Shown: positions 30,508 through 41,200, counted from the stretch's first letter. The stretch is 64,000 nt of DNA from Thalassoroseus pseudoceratinae (GCF_011634775.1 NZ_JAALXT010000001.1:1071125-1135124), one strand, 5' to 3'. Made by a program: numbers and translations. Notes: a model not told the origin generated them from the sequence alone.

Positions 30508-31002
30508 ATGCCGATGAGAACCTTCAACACAGAACTAACAACGAATGCGACGAACCCGTTCATTTCCGCGACAAAACAGACCTTCTCGACGATGCTGAAT
30601 TGCGTTCCAGAACGCGAGTCGTTGACATTCAAGGCTAATGGATCGGGACCACCACCATACGAAGTCAGCGCGATCATCAATGTGACGGGGTCAGCAGATG
30701 GGCTCGTGTTGCTTAGCATGCCAGTCCGCACTTCGCTAAACATCGTGTCGCGAATACTGCGTACGAAGGCTGAATCATTAAATGACGAAGTCATCGATGC
30801 TGTTGGCGAAGTCACGAACATTATTTGCGGGGCGGCTAAGGTTCAGATGGAGGAACTGCAGTTGCAAATCGACATTCCGACTGTTGTTGTCGGTCGAAAT
30901 CGAGTGATACGCTACCCAGGCCAGATTACTCCGCTATCTGCGGGGTTCTCATCCGAGATTGGAGAGTTCGCGTTAGAATTCGGATTTCACCGCAGTGAGT
31001 AA
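30508..31002 (+). CDS. cheX: CheX/CheC-family chemotaxis phosphatase
   Basis: 164 aa. Conserved E-x2-N motif (GEVTNIICGAAK) of the CheC/CheX/FliY phosphatase family. Size fits CheX. Confidence 0.6.
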   Translation: MPMRTFNTELTTNATNPFISATKQTFSTMLNCVPERESLTFKANGSGPPPYEVSAIINVTGSADGLVLLSMPVRTSLNIVSRILRTKAESLNDEVIDAVGEVTNIICGAAKVQMEELQLQIDIPTVVVGRNRVIRYPGQITPLSAGFSSEIGEFALEFGFHRSE

Positions 31003-31104
31003 ATCTCAACTTTCGAGTTTTGCCCCCTGCTAACGTCACCGTTGCCGAAGAATTGATTCAAAAACGAATAAGGTTTCCGATATCTTCGCGAATCATTGTG
31101 TATC

Positions 31105-31156
31105 AAAAGAAAGAGCCATCGAACCTCATTGCTGAGTGGTCGATGGCTCTTTTTCG
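31105..31156. terminator. bidirectional intrinsic terminator between convergent cheX and flotillin genes
   Basis: 11-bp perfect inverted repeat agagccatcga (31112-31122) / tcgatggctct (31140-31150). It is flanked by an A-run upstream (caaaagaaag) and T-run downstream (ttttcg), so either strand reads hairpin + U-tract. Confidence 0.55.
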
Positions 31157-31186
31157 TTAGTACATGACTGTAACGACAACTAGGGA

Positions 31187-32863
31187 CTAGGTTACCTCGG
31201 TGCTAGCTGCGTGGGATTCCTTCCCGTTCTTGGTGCTAGCGGCGACTTTCTCCTCTTCGGCTTCGGCGAATTTTGCTAGGTATTCCGGCATTTCCACTCC
31301 ACCAATATCTTTCATGACTTGCATCATTGGGGGTAGCGTGCGGGACATATTCTGCAGGAAGTTGCTAGTCATATTCCCGCCATTAGGGTCAGAACCGTTC
31401 CCACCGTTATCCCAAACGATGATCTTATCGAACTTGATATTCGAAATCGCTTCGGCACTTTTCGCGGCAAGTGTATCGAGGTGTTCCAGCATCATTAGCT
31501 GGAATGCCTGCTGAGAACCACCACAGGCGGCGACGATCTCTTTGAGACCCTGACCTTTCTTGGCCAGTTTCTCGTACTCCCCACGAGCTTCCGCATCAAG
31601 CCGTGCGAAGATGGCGGCAGCTTCGGCTTCGGCGTCGAGTTTTCTCTTCTCGGCGGCGGCTTCAGCTTCGACGATGGTCTTCGCTTTCATCGCTTTTGCG
31701 GGAGCTTCCATCTCGGCCCGCCGTTCGGCTTCGATTCGTTCCGCTTCCGCGAGTGCTGCTTTTGCCATCGCGCGGTGTTGGGCCTCTTCGACAGCAGCGG
31801 CCGCCTCGCGTTTTCGAGTCTCACCGATTTCATACGCTTCGGCTTGGCGGACATTCAAAGTTGCATTGGCATCGGCGACCTTCGCTTTCGATTCCGTTTC
31901 CCCTTCAATCGCGGCAGCATCAGCTTGAGCCACTGCAATACGCTTTTCACGTTGGGCATCTGCCACAGCGGTATCACGCTCGAAGTTGGCACGTTGCTCA
32001 GCGACTTCCTGTTCCTTGTTCAACTCCGCGACTCGAACGGCTTGAGCCCGAGACGCTTCCCGCATCCCGATCTCTTTGGTCTTGTTCGCATCGGCGACTT
32101 GGACATATTTGTCACGGTCGGCGGCGGCAACTCGGATTTCCCCGAGTTTCTCTTGCTCGGCGACATCAGCACGTGCGTTCTGCACAGCTTCGGCGGCGGC
32201 CCGTTGTCCGATGGCTTCAATGTAGCCAGATTCATCGGTGATGTCGGTGATATTCACGTTGATCAGCACCAGGCCGATCTTCTCTAATTCCGGCTCGAGG
32301 TTTTGATGGATATTCGCCAAGAAGGCATCGCGGTCACGGTTGATGTCCTCGATCCGCATGGACGCAATCACTTGACGGAGTTGCCCGAAGATGATGTCTT
32401 CAGCTTGCTTCTTGATATCGATGGTTTTCAGACCGAGCAAACGAACGGCGGCGTTCTGCATGACTTCCGGTTCGGTACCAATGGCAACGGTGAACACGCT
32501 CGGCACGTTGACGCGAATGTTTTCGTGCGACAACGCATCTTGCAAAGGGACTTCAATCTGAATCGGTTCGAGTGAGAGATAGTCGTAGTCTTGCACAATC
32601 GGCAGAATGAACGCCCCACCACCGTGCACGGTCTTCGCACTTTTCCCCGCACCGACGCTACCGTAAATCACCAAGATGGCGTTACTGGGACAACGGCGAT
32701 AGCGTTTCGCCAGAAAGAGAAACAAGCTGGTCAGAATGATGAAACCAACCAAACCAATGCCATAAGGCGACGCTAACATATCCACCAGATCGGCGGCAAA
32801 CAATAACGGAGACATGAGCAGACTTTCCGAAATGGAGGAGAGAGGTGTATTCTTATAGCTCAA
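31187..32863 (-). CDS. flotillin / SPFH (band-7) family protein, YqiK-like
   Basis: N-terminal TM, SPFH domain, and a long Ala/Glu-rich coiled coil (AEAEAAAIFARLDAEARGEYEKLAKKG). 558 aa. Alternative starts at Met 32815 or 32779. Confidence 0.85.
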   Translation of the reverse strand: MSYKNTPLSSISESLLMSPLLFAADLVDMLASPYGIGLVGFIILTSLFLFLAKRYRRCPSNAILVIYGSVGAGKSAKTVHGGGAFILPIVQDYDYLSLEPIQIEVPLQDALSHENIRVNVPSVFTVAIGTEPEVMQNAAVRLLGLKTIDIKKQAEDIIFGQLRQVIASMRIEDINRDRDAFLANIHQNLEPELEKIGLVLINVNITDITDESGYIEAIGQRAAAEAVQNARADVAEQEKLGEIRVAAADRDKYVQVADANKTKEIGMREASRAQAVRVAELNKEQEVAEQRANFERDTAVADAQREKRIAVAQADAAAIEGETESKAKVADANATLNVRQAEAYEIGETRKREAAAAVEEAQHRAMAKAALAEAERIEAERRAEMEAPAKAMKAKTIVEAEAAAEKRKLDAEAEAAAIFARLDAEARGEYEKLAKKGQGLKEIVAACGGSQQAFQLMMLEHLDTLAAKSAEAISNIKFDKIIVWDNGGNGSDPNGGNMTSNFLQNMSRTLPPMMQVMKDIGGVEMPEYLAKFAEAEEEKVAASTKNGKESHAASTEVT

Positions 32864-32886
32864 AGGGTTGGTCCCGACGGGATGAA

Positions 32887-33603
32887 CTACGCGCCCCGTC
32901 GCGAGACTTCGATCAGTTTGTCATTCAAGACATTCGTGACGATCACCGGTGTGCCGGTTGGAAGTTCTTGGTCTTGCGCGGTAACGGCTTGGAACTCGAC
33001 TGTTCGATCACCAACTAGCACGGTCACCCGGCCTTGCCCTTGGGAATCCGCGGGCACTTTAACGTAGACTCGGCCGGTCATTCCCATCGTTTGCTCGATG
33101 TGAATCGTGCCATCGGTCGCTAAGCCGTAGAACGTGTTCATCAGCCAGCCCACCAAGAACAACACGGCGATTCCAGCCGCTGTCGCCATCGAGAAGGCGA
33201 GGGCGGGGTCGTATTCCCGCGAAGCCGCAATTCCAGTGAGACCAAAGATCGCCATCGAGGCGACCAGTGCTCGAAAACTCAAGAGGCTTGCAAATCGAAT
33301 TCCATCATGATGACCGTCCTGTGTATCGCCAACATGACTACTATCATCGAGCCCCTCATGATCTATCTCAATGTCATCAAAGCCGTCATGGTCAAGACCG
33401 CCGGTCTCCAAACCGCCTTCGTGATCAAGTCCGCCGTCGTGGTCACCTCCAATCCCTAGCAAAGAGAGAAGGAACTGACCGAACAACATCGTGCCAGCCA
33501 GAATTGCACACCAACGATAGAATTCTTCCATAGGGAACCTCGGCGCGTTTTCGACCACATCCACTGAGTCAACCGAATGATTTTCAACTGTGGGAATGGT
33601 CAC
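32887..33603 (-). CDS. NfeD-family membrane protein (YqiJ-like) partner of flotillin
   Basis: Two to three TM helices followed by a C-terminal OB-fold-like beta domain (GRVYVKVPADSQGQGRVTVLVGDRTVEFQAV). It lies 23 nt upstream of the flotillin gene on the same strand. There is an unusual His/Asp/Gly-rich loop (GGDHDGGLDHEGGLETGGLDHDGFDD). Confidence 0.7.
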   Translation of the reverse strand: MTIPTVENHSVDSVDVVENAPRFPMEEFYRWCAILAGTMLFGQFLLSLLGIGGDHDGGLDHEGGLETGGLDHDGFDDIEIDHEGLDDSSHVGDTQDGHHDGIRFASLLSFRALVASMAIFGLTGIAASREYDPALAFSMATAAGIAVLFLVGWLMNTFYGLATDGTIHIEQTMGMTGRVYVKVPADSQGQGRVTVLVGDRTVEFQAVTAQDQELPTGTPVIVTNVLNDKLIEVSRRGA

Positions 33604-33771
33604 TCAAAATGAGGTGGGTGTCAAAAAAATTCCGACTCGGGGACTTAAGAATATTGTGAAGAGTTGAACGACGACGTTCCCATGAACGTTAATTTCGATT
33701 AAATGGATCTTTGAATTCCAGAAAGATTCAAGTTATCCAATTCGTGTTCTTTTTGAGCCTAAATCCAAGCG

Positions 33772-34914
33772 ATGTCAGAACGACCCGCAATTTTAGGTGG
33801 CGAGCCGATCCGTCCGCAGGGACCGCCGGAATGGCCGCCACGAAACCCAGCCATTCGGGACGCCTTGTTGTCAGCATGGCAGGACGGAAGTTGGGGACGT
33901 TACGACGGACGCCATTGCAGGGAATTGATCGAGCAACTCGCGGAACACCATCAGACCGAGCATGTGATTCTTTGCAGCAGTGGAACGGTTGCCGTCGAGT
34001 TAGCGTTGCGAGGTGTTGGAGTTGGTTCTGGTGACGACGTTTTGCTGGCGGCTTATGACTTCAAAGCGAACTTTCAGAACGTACTCACGATTGGTGCGAA
34101 CCCGCTGCTGCATGACATTCGGCATGACGATTGGCAATTCGACGTCCAAAGCCTTGAATGCATCGAAATGCCCCAATCAACGGCGGTGTTGGTATCCCAT
34201 CTGCATGGTGGTGTTGTCGACATGCCGGCATTGAGACGGTGGGCCGATCGCCAAAAAATCAAGGTCATCGAAGATGCCTGCCAAATGCCAGGAGCCCAAT
34301 TGTTCGGTCGAACGGCGGGAACTTGGGGGGATGTTGGCGTGATCAGTTTTGGAGGTAGCAAGACGCTCTCAGCAGGGCGGGGCGGGGCGGTGCTCACCAA
34401 TGACGCCACGATCGCACAGCGAACCCGTCTTTACACGCAACGTGGCAACAACGCCTATCCGCTTTCCGAGTTGCAAGCGGCCGTCCTTTTGCCACAGTTG
34501 CGATCACTCGACCACAATCGTCAGCGTCGTCTCGACAACGCGAACACGTTGCGGGAATCGTTTGCGACGAGTTCGGGTCTGCGAGCCTTCAAGTTAAAAG
34601 CAGACTGCGAACCCGACTACTACAAGTTGGGAATTCAATACGATCCCGAGACTTTCGGTGGGTTGTCGCGTGATCGTTTTTCCGCTGCAATGCGAGCTGA
34701 GGGAATTGCGATGGATCCCGGCTTTCGAAGTCTGCATCGAATTCACAGTCGGCGACGGTTCCGCACGGTCGGCGATCTCCCAGAGGCCGATCGAGCGGAC
34801 ACCAATGTGTTAGTTTTGCACCACCCCGTGTTGCTCGAAGACAACGCTGCGTTGCAAGAAATCATCTCAGCCACCGAGCGAATCCGCGAATTCGCTGGCG
34901 AAATTGCCAAATGA
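33772..34914 (+). CDS. DegT/DnrJ/EryC1/StrS-family PLP-dependent aminotransferase
   Basis: N-terminus PAILGGEPIRP, and lysine-containing PLP region ISFGGSKTLSAGRGGAV. 380 aa. Confidence 0.85.
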   Translation: MSERPAILGGEPIRPQGPPEWPPRNPAIRDALLSAWQDGSWGRYDGRHCRELIEQLAEHHQTEHVILCSSGTVAVELALRGVGVGSGDDVLLAAYDFKANFQNVLTIGANPLLHDIRHDDWQFDVQSLECIEMPQSTAVLVSHLHGGVVDMPALRRWADRQKIKVIEDACQMPGAQLFGRTAGTWGDVGVISFGGSKTLSAGRGGAVLTNDATIAQRTRLYTQRGNNAYPLSELQAAVLLPQLRSLDHNRQRRLDNANTLRESFATSSGLRAFKLKADCEPDYYKLGIQYDPETFGGLSRDRFSAAMRAEGIAMDPGFRSLHRIHSRRRFRTVGDLPEADRADTNVLVLHHPVLLEDNAALQEIISATERIREFAGEIAK

Positions 34915-34974
34915 TGGAATGGCATTCCGTTTGCGATGTAGTTTGGCCAACCAAGACTCATCGGAGAAGCCAAC

Positions 34975-35409
34975 ATGCAAGCGGCAGGACTAGGTGGAGT
35001 GGGTGTGAGCATCGGCGGTGCAACGGGAATGAGTGCCGCGTCCGGCGTATCAATGCCTTCAGCGGGGACGCAAACAGTCTCGGCGACATCACAACCGAAC
35101 ACGGCCGCTCAAACGTCCCGGCCACCGGAAACAGTCGCGGAACTCAACGAACGCATCGATCCCGGTCGGATGCAGGAATTGATGGAGCAACTCGAAGGAT
35201 TCTCATCCGCCGAAATCATTATTGCTCTCATGATGATGTCTCGATCAAAAGACGATGAGCAGAAGTCAGGTGGTTCCGATCTGCTCGCCGGTCTGCTGAT
35301 CTCGCAATCGTTTCTCGGAATGAATTCCGCGTCGTCGAACTCCTCCAATATGGTCTCGCCGGTGTCTTCGGCCGGACATGTGGGTGGCCAGCTCGACATC
35401 AGTCTGTAA
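34975..35409 (+). CDS. hypothetical low-complexity (Ser/Ala/Gly-rich) protein
   Basis: 144-aa ORF with no recognisable domain. Kept only because of spacing and a plausible start. Confidence 0.3.
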   Translation: MQAAGLGGVGVSIGGATGMSAASGVSMPSAGTQTVSATSQPNTAAQTSRPPETVAELNERIDPGRMQELMEQLEGFSSAEIIIALMMMSRSKDDEQKSGGSDLLAGLLISQSFLGMNSASSNSSNMVSPVSSAGHVGGQLDISL

Positions 35410-35458
35410 CTCTGCTCAAATCGCGTCTGACTTCATGATGTGATCAATTTGGCTGGGA

Positions 35459-36061
35459 ATGCCCATGAGCAAACCGATTTGGGTATGGAAACTCGGCGGA
35501 AGTTTGCTGAATTTAGATGACATTCCCCGACGTTTGGATCAGGCCGTTGCGTCGTTTCCCCATCGACCACTGTTGGTCGTTGGTGGCGGTTCGATTGCGG
35601 ATGCGGTTCGCGATTGGGACAAACGCTTTCAGATCGGTGAGGACCAATCGCACGTGCTTGCGCTCCGAGCGATGGAGCTCAATGCACACCTGATGACAAC
35701 GATCTGGCCAAGAGGATTGCTTGTGACGGATCGATCGGCTGCGGACTCAGCGTGGCGGAATGACCGCGTTCCGATCTTGCAAACGCGATTATTCTTGGAT
35801 GACGAAGAACGCCGTGACGCCGCTGGCTTACCGTCGATTCTTCCTTTGCCCCACACTTGGGAGGCCACCAGCGATACCATTGCCGCGTGGATCACACTGC
35901 GATGGCCGGCCGACGGGTTGATGCTGTTGAAATCAATTGATCGCCCGCTCAACGACTTGGGCGATGCGGTCGATCCGGCGTTTTCCCGTTTCGTCGATCA
36001 CATTCCGAGCCTGAAATGGCTGAATCTTCGCACTTATTATCTGTCAACGCACAGATTCTAA
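35459..36061 (+). CDS. amino-acid-kinase (AAK)-fold small protein
   Basis: N-terminal VWKLGGSLL and LLVVGGGSIADAVRDW match the phosphate-binding N-lobe motifs of the carbamate/aspartate/uridylate kinase fold. It is only 200 aa, so specific function is unknown. Confidence 0.4.
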   Translation: MPMSKPIWVWKLGGSLLNLDDIPRRLDQAVASFPHRPLLVVGGGSIADAVRDWDKRFQIGEDQSHVLALRAMELNAHLMTTIWPRGLLVTDRSAADSAWRNDRVPILQTRLFLDDEERRDAAGLPSILPLPHTWEATSDTIAAWITLRWPADGLMLLKSIDRPLNDLGDAVDPAFSRFVDHIPSLKWLNLRTYYLSTHRF

Positions 36062-36391
36062 TCGAATGTGTTGCACCTCGTGTTCAAGCAACCATTCCAA
36101 GAAGATTTCCTGCTCCTCGCTCAATTCGAGTTCGGTGCGGTTCTCGCTGTCGAGGATAGAAACCACACGCAGCACTCCGTCATCGTACGCCTGCTGAGCA
36201 TCTTCCCGCCGGACCCAATACTCGCCGTTGTTCAGTTTGTCTGGCGCATCAAACATGCCCGCGGGAGTCGCAAAGTGAATCACGTCCGTGCGGAACCGAT
36301 CCGGCATTTTCATCGCGGGAGTCTCAGGCCGATCGACTGAATGAACCAAAACGGACATGGGAAGGTATTTCCGAAGAGAATTTGGAGCCAA
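36044..36391 (-). CDS. hypothetical protein
   Basis: 115-aa acidic ORF 9 nt downstream of the nucleotidase gene on the same strand. Its 3' end overlaps the convergent AAK-like gene by 18 nt. Confidence 0.35.
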   Translation of the reverse strand: MAPNSLRKYLPMSVLVHSVDRPETPAMKMPDRFRTDVIHFATPAGMFDAPDKLNNGEYWVRREDAQQAYDDGVLRVVSILDSENRTELELSEEQEIFLEWLLEHEVQHIRLESVR

Positions 36392-36400
36392 ACTCGGCGA

Positions 36401-37465
36401 TTATTTGTTGGATTTCGGTTTGGTTTGCTGGATCGCCGCAATGACTTTCTCGTGGTGATGACCTGTCGTTACGACCACGCCCTGATTTGTCGCCAACTCC
36501 ATTCCGTGCGTGAAATCGAGGGGTTTGCCGTCAATGTCTGTAACGGTCCCCCCCGCTTCCTGCACGACGAGTACACCACCGGCGTGATCCCAGATCTTCT
36601 CACGATAGCCGGGACGGGTCGGCAGACGCAAATAAATATCCGCATCGCCTCGCGCGACGGCGGCGTACTTTGCTTGGCTATCCATGCGAACGGGATCGGC
36701 GACGATGCCTAAAGTCTCGGCAATTTGTGCGGACCAATCATGTTTGCTGTGACCACTTTCGACCGATTCGCAAAATTGCGATTGAGTCAAATCACTCGTT
36801 TCACGAACGCGGATTGGCTGTGGGGAACCATTCTCATCCGTGTGCTGACAGCTCGCGCCACGTCCACTAACCGCCGAGAAAATCACGCCGGATTGGCCAT
36901 CCGCAGTTTTGAGATTCGGACAGCCCAACACCGCAACCGTCGGCATTCCCTCAACAATCAATGCCAGCGACACCGCGTATTGCTCGCCTCGGAGAAACCC
37001 TTTCGTCCCGTCGATCGGGTCGAGCGTCCAAAACCGATTGCAGTAACTTTGCGAGTTCCCTTGGTCAATCCAACGGTAGATATCGTTGACTGTTCCTTGG
37101 ATTCCCGCGCGTGTCAACTCTTGTTCGATTCGATCTAGGAACGGCTTTTGCTCTGGTTCTTTGAGAGCGGCGGAATCTTCCTCCGCAACGATTGGATCAG
37201 CGGGAAATGCCAGACCCAATGAACGGCAGATCACCGCTTGACTTGCAAAGTCTGCAATGGTGACAGGACTTTTATCCCGTTTCTCCATCGCTTCAGGAGT
37301 CACCTGTGCCTGGACATATTCACAAACTGACATAGCCTGGCGAACCGCGTCGATACCGACTGCCAACTCGGCTTCATACATGTCGAATCCACGAGCTTCG
37401 GAATGGTCAATATTTTCAGTCATGAAACAGTCTAGGTTGGACGATTCGAGATTCACACCGAACAT
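36401..37465 (-). CDS. 3'(2'),5'-bisphosphate nucleotidase / inositol-monophosphatase superfamily, HAL2/SAL1-like long form
   Basis: Metal-binding motifs DPIDGTKGF and WDHAGG. The 354-aa length and SPVTIADFASQA N-region resemble eukaryotic-type HAL2 rather than the ~250-aa bacterial CysQ. Confidence 0.75.
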   Translation of the reverse strand: MFGVNLESSNLDCFMTENIDHSEARGFDMYEAELAVGIDAVRQAMSVCEYVQAQVTPEAMEKRDKSPVTIADFASQAVICRSLGLAFPADPIVAEEDSAALKEPEQKPFLDRIEQELTRAGIQGTVNDIYRWIDQGNSQSYCNRFWTLDPIDGTKGFLRGEQYAVSLALIVEGMPTVAVLGCPNLKTADGQSGVIFSAVSGRGASCQHTDENGSPQPIRVRETSDLTQSQFCESVESGHSKHDWSAQIAETLGIVADPVRMDSQAKYAAVARGDADIYLRLPTRPGYREKIWDHAGGVLVVQEAGGTVTDIDGKPLDFTHGMELATNQGVVVTTGHHHEKVIAAIQQTKPKSNK

Positions 37466-37826
37466 TTGATCGTACGAACGGTAGCGATCCTAGGCTTGTC
37501 GGTCAATTTCAAAAATTCCACCGAAAATTTCACAGTTCGTTCAAAACGATTTCGTTTTTTCCGTCAATATTTCCATGGAAAGGAATCCAGACAACTCCTC
37601 ATTCTGTATGCCACTCAGTTCTATGAGGGCATTGCCGAACATTCGTTTCACGTCTTTGACTGGCATTTGAACCGATTCGAATTGCACTGTTTGCGGTGGG
37701 TGATGGCATATGTTGCAATCACGCTTCCGCCACCGGTCCAATTGGGATGATCGCACAAAGCAACTCAAAGCAGAATTCCATCAATATCATCCAGACTTCT
37801 GTTCAAAGTCTCAGTAGCGAGGAACT

Positions 37827-38138
37827 GTGATGTCGAACGACCGACTTGAAAACATGACGTTGCGAGAAAAATACAAAGCCGCTGACGTCATCGTTCGCGA
37901 ACTGATTGAACACGTCGAACTGGGATTCCTGCCAAAAGTGCAGGGACTGGAACGTTTAGTGGAACCTCAGGAGGCGTCTGGCGTCTATCGTTTGCAGGAG
38001 AACGCTGCGACCGACCGAACCATTCGTGACGAAGTGGGTGTGGTTCTTGAAAGTGAATTATTTACGGACGACGTCTTTGATCGACTGCGGGCACTTTTGG
38101 AATCCATCAACGGGGATGTCTCGGAAATCTTGAAATAA
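37827..38138 (+). CDS. hypothetical small acidic protein
   Basis: 103-aa ORF with protein-like composition, 123 nt upstream of the kinase gene. No homology recognised. Confidence 0.3.
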   Translation: MMSNDRLENMTLREKYKAADVIVRELIEHVELGFLPKVQGLERLVEPQEASGVYRLQENAATDRTIRDEVGVVLESELFTDDVFDRLRALLESINGDVSEILK

Positions 38139-38261
38139 CGGCATCGCCGAAACAGACCGAAAATTTCCTGAATTATTCAAGACGCTTGGTCGATGAGGAA
38201 CGCTTGTTCTGAGGGTTTTTCTTTGACTGATGACAGGACCGATGGATAAAATACGCATCTT

Positions 38262-41200
38262 GTGGAACGGACTCCTCAACCCATCTGGGGCTCGAGATAT
38301 TTCATGAGCCAGTACAGAACACCTGAACAATCATCCCAAATGACTCAATCTCCGGGGCCAACTCCCGACGAGGCCGGTTCGCCGTTTGCCTTTCCGTTGC
38401 TGCCTGGAGCGACACGTCACACGGAAACTGTCATCAATCTCGAAGGACGAGGTGACGATTCTTCCGACAAACCGCAAAGCTCATCTGACGTTCGCAACGA
38501 GCCTGATCTCTGGAACCGTTTGTTCCCGGTGCTGAATCCGGATGGTTCGTCGATTTCCGAAACCGAACCTGCTGGCCCGGAAGGTGTGGAACTCGGGCAT
38601 TTTGTGGTCAAGGAACGGATCGGGATTGGCGGCATGGGAGCCGTCTTCCGAGCATTGGACACGCGGCTTCAACGCGTCGTGGCTCTGAAAGTTCTTGGCC
38701 CGAGTCAATCGCGGGATGAGTCCGCCGTCCGCCGTTTTCAAAACGAAGCCCGATCGGCCGCCCGACTTGATCACGACAACATTGCCCGTGTGCACTATTT
38801 CGGAGAAGACAAGGGGCTGCATTTCATCGCCTTCGAATACATTCGGGGGATGAACCTGCGAGATCTAATCACTCGGCATGGTCCGTTGCATCCGGCAGAG
38901 GCGGTTAACTACACGCTTCAAATTGCGACAGCGTTGAAGCATACCTGTGAGGCGGGTGTTGTTCATCGCGACATCAAGCCGTCTAACATCATTATTACGT
39001 CCAACGGTCGAGCAAAGTTGGTCGACTTGGGTTTAGCGCGGAAGGAAGCAGCCGACTCTCTGGGTGATATTACTCTCGCCGGCACAACACTCGGAACATT
39101 CGACTACATCTCTCCCGAGCAGGCTCAAGATCCGCGTTCCGTCGACATTCGTAGCGACATTTACTCGCTCGGTTGCACGCTGTACCACCTCTTGACGGGA
39201 TCCCCCCCGTACCCGGAAGGCACAGTGCTGCAGAAATTACTCGACCATCAGGGCAAGGAACCCCCGGACCCCGCTAATCGAAATCGGCATGTGCCCACGG
39301 AGTTGTCGCAAATCGTCAAAAAGATGATGGCGACAAAGCCTAAGAACCGTTACGCAACACCAGATGATTTGCTTGTCGATCTCGGCCACTTGGCTCGGGC
39401 GTTTGGTCTGCAAGCCGTCGACCCCGAAAGTTACGTTTGGACGATTCCCGAAGTCCAACAAGAACGCTTCTGGGAACGGCATTTTGGTTGGATCGCCACA
39501 ATCGGCCTCCTGTTTGCCATCGTGATCGGCATCGAGCGGTTTCCGAAATGGACCGCTCCAATTGCGTCACAAACTGATCGGGTCGCATCAAACACGACAC
39601 GCACGGAGCCTGCTACAGGCTTGGATGGTGGACAAGTTATTCCACCAGACTCTCGCAGCAACGCGGTTGGGACACCCCCAATCGAAGATGAAGGCGAACT
39701 CACGCCGGAAGAAACGCTGTCGTCCGTGACATCCGAAAGCCCATTTCTGGACGTGGAATTATCCGAGTCTCAACCGTCGACGGATTCGTCCTCGGACCTT
39801 CCAAAACCGTTGATGAAACCAGACGTCGCCACATCGCCGGAATTTCCGTTTGAGGGAATCGAACCTCTGTTGAAGCCAACGGGTTCAAACGTTCCCAGTC
39901 CGTTGAGACCAACGGAAACTGCTGCAACACCGGCCCCGAAAACACAGCAAGAGACAACCGACGTTGTGGCGATGACACCTGCCAAAACCCAAGTGTCGAC
40001 CTCACTGCCTTCCAAAGAGTCAGAAAAATCAAAGACCAATTCCCCGGCAACGAAAGTGACACCGGTCGGGCAGCTGCGACCGTACACCATTCTTCGAGCC
40101 GATGGTTCTTCCTCGGAAACCAAACCCACGCTCGAAGCCGCATGTGCCGCCGCGAACGACGGCGACATCATCGAGATTCGTACATCCGGAACGCTTCCCG
40201 AACAGATCCGGAAACCGATCCTCATTAAAGGGAAGAAACTCGCCATCCGTGCCGCCGAGGATTCCCGCCCGTGGCTGGAGTACTACATCGACGACACGGA
40301 CGGAGTGACCGAACAAACACGGTTGATTGAACTGGTCGATGCTTCCATTGATTTGATCAACATCGATCTCCGTTTTGACACGGCCACGCAACTCGGTGCG
40401 AATACGGATTGGGCTGTGATCTCGCTGCAAGGTAGTGGCCAAGTTCGTTTGGATCGCGTGTCGATCACCGTCGAAAATTTGGGGAACGTGGATTGCACGG
40501 CCATCGAGTTGCTCGAAGCCCCCGTGAGAACCGGGGTCGACATGGGCATGAAGCGAACTGGCGGGGAATCACGACCGGAATTCAGCATCGAAATCGTGGA
40601 TAGCCTGATCCGCGGGGGGTGCGATGTCATTACGGCCCATCACACGAACCCAGGCCGGGTCAACCTCGAACGGTCCGCGATCGTCGTTGAAGGGGCCGCC
40701 TACGCATCGATCGGAAATCTTGAGCTACTCGATGAATCTGCCCGCGTGGAATTGCGAATGGTACACGTAACGGCGGTCACGAATTCCCTCATTCGGTTTG
40801 ACGCTGGCACCACACCTCGTGACCTGCTTCCAATCGACGTTCCAACCGCCCGAGACAACATCTTCGCTACCAACACCAGCAATCCGTTGGTCGTGGTCGA
40901 GGGAGCCGTGAGTTCCGACCGTTATGAACAACTACTGCAATGGAACGGGCAGCGAAACTTCTATCATGGTTACGAAATGTTTTGGTCCGGCGACGCTGCC
41001 GATTTTGTCTCTCGCGATTTTGAAATGTGGAAACGCACCTGGACGCAATCGACGGCGGGACGAGAAATCGGTGCTCAGAATGGCGAATTCGAGTGGAGCG
41101 GTATGTGGGATCGCATGGAATCGTCCTCGGTCGCTCCGGCTGATCTGACGCTAGACGATCAAACTCTCGGCAACCCTGCGATCTCTGGAGCCACTGACGG

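Noticed and set aside
31560-32290. Several 120-210-aa plus-strand ORFs rich in Arg/Ser/Ala opposite the flotillin gene
   Set aside because: They are generated by the GC-rich, Ala/Glu-codon-repetitive coiled-coil region of flotillin read in other frames. None has a start context or motifs.
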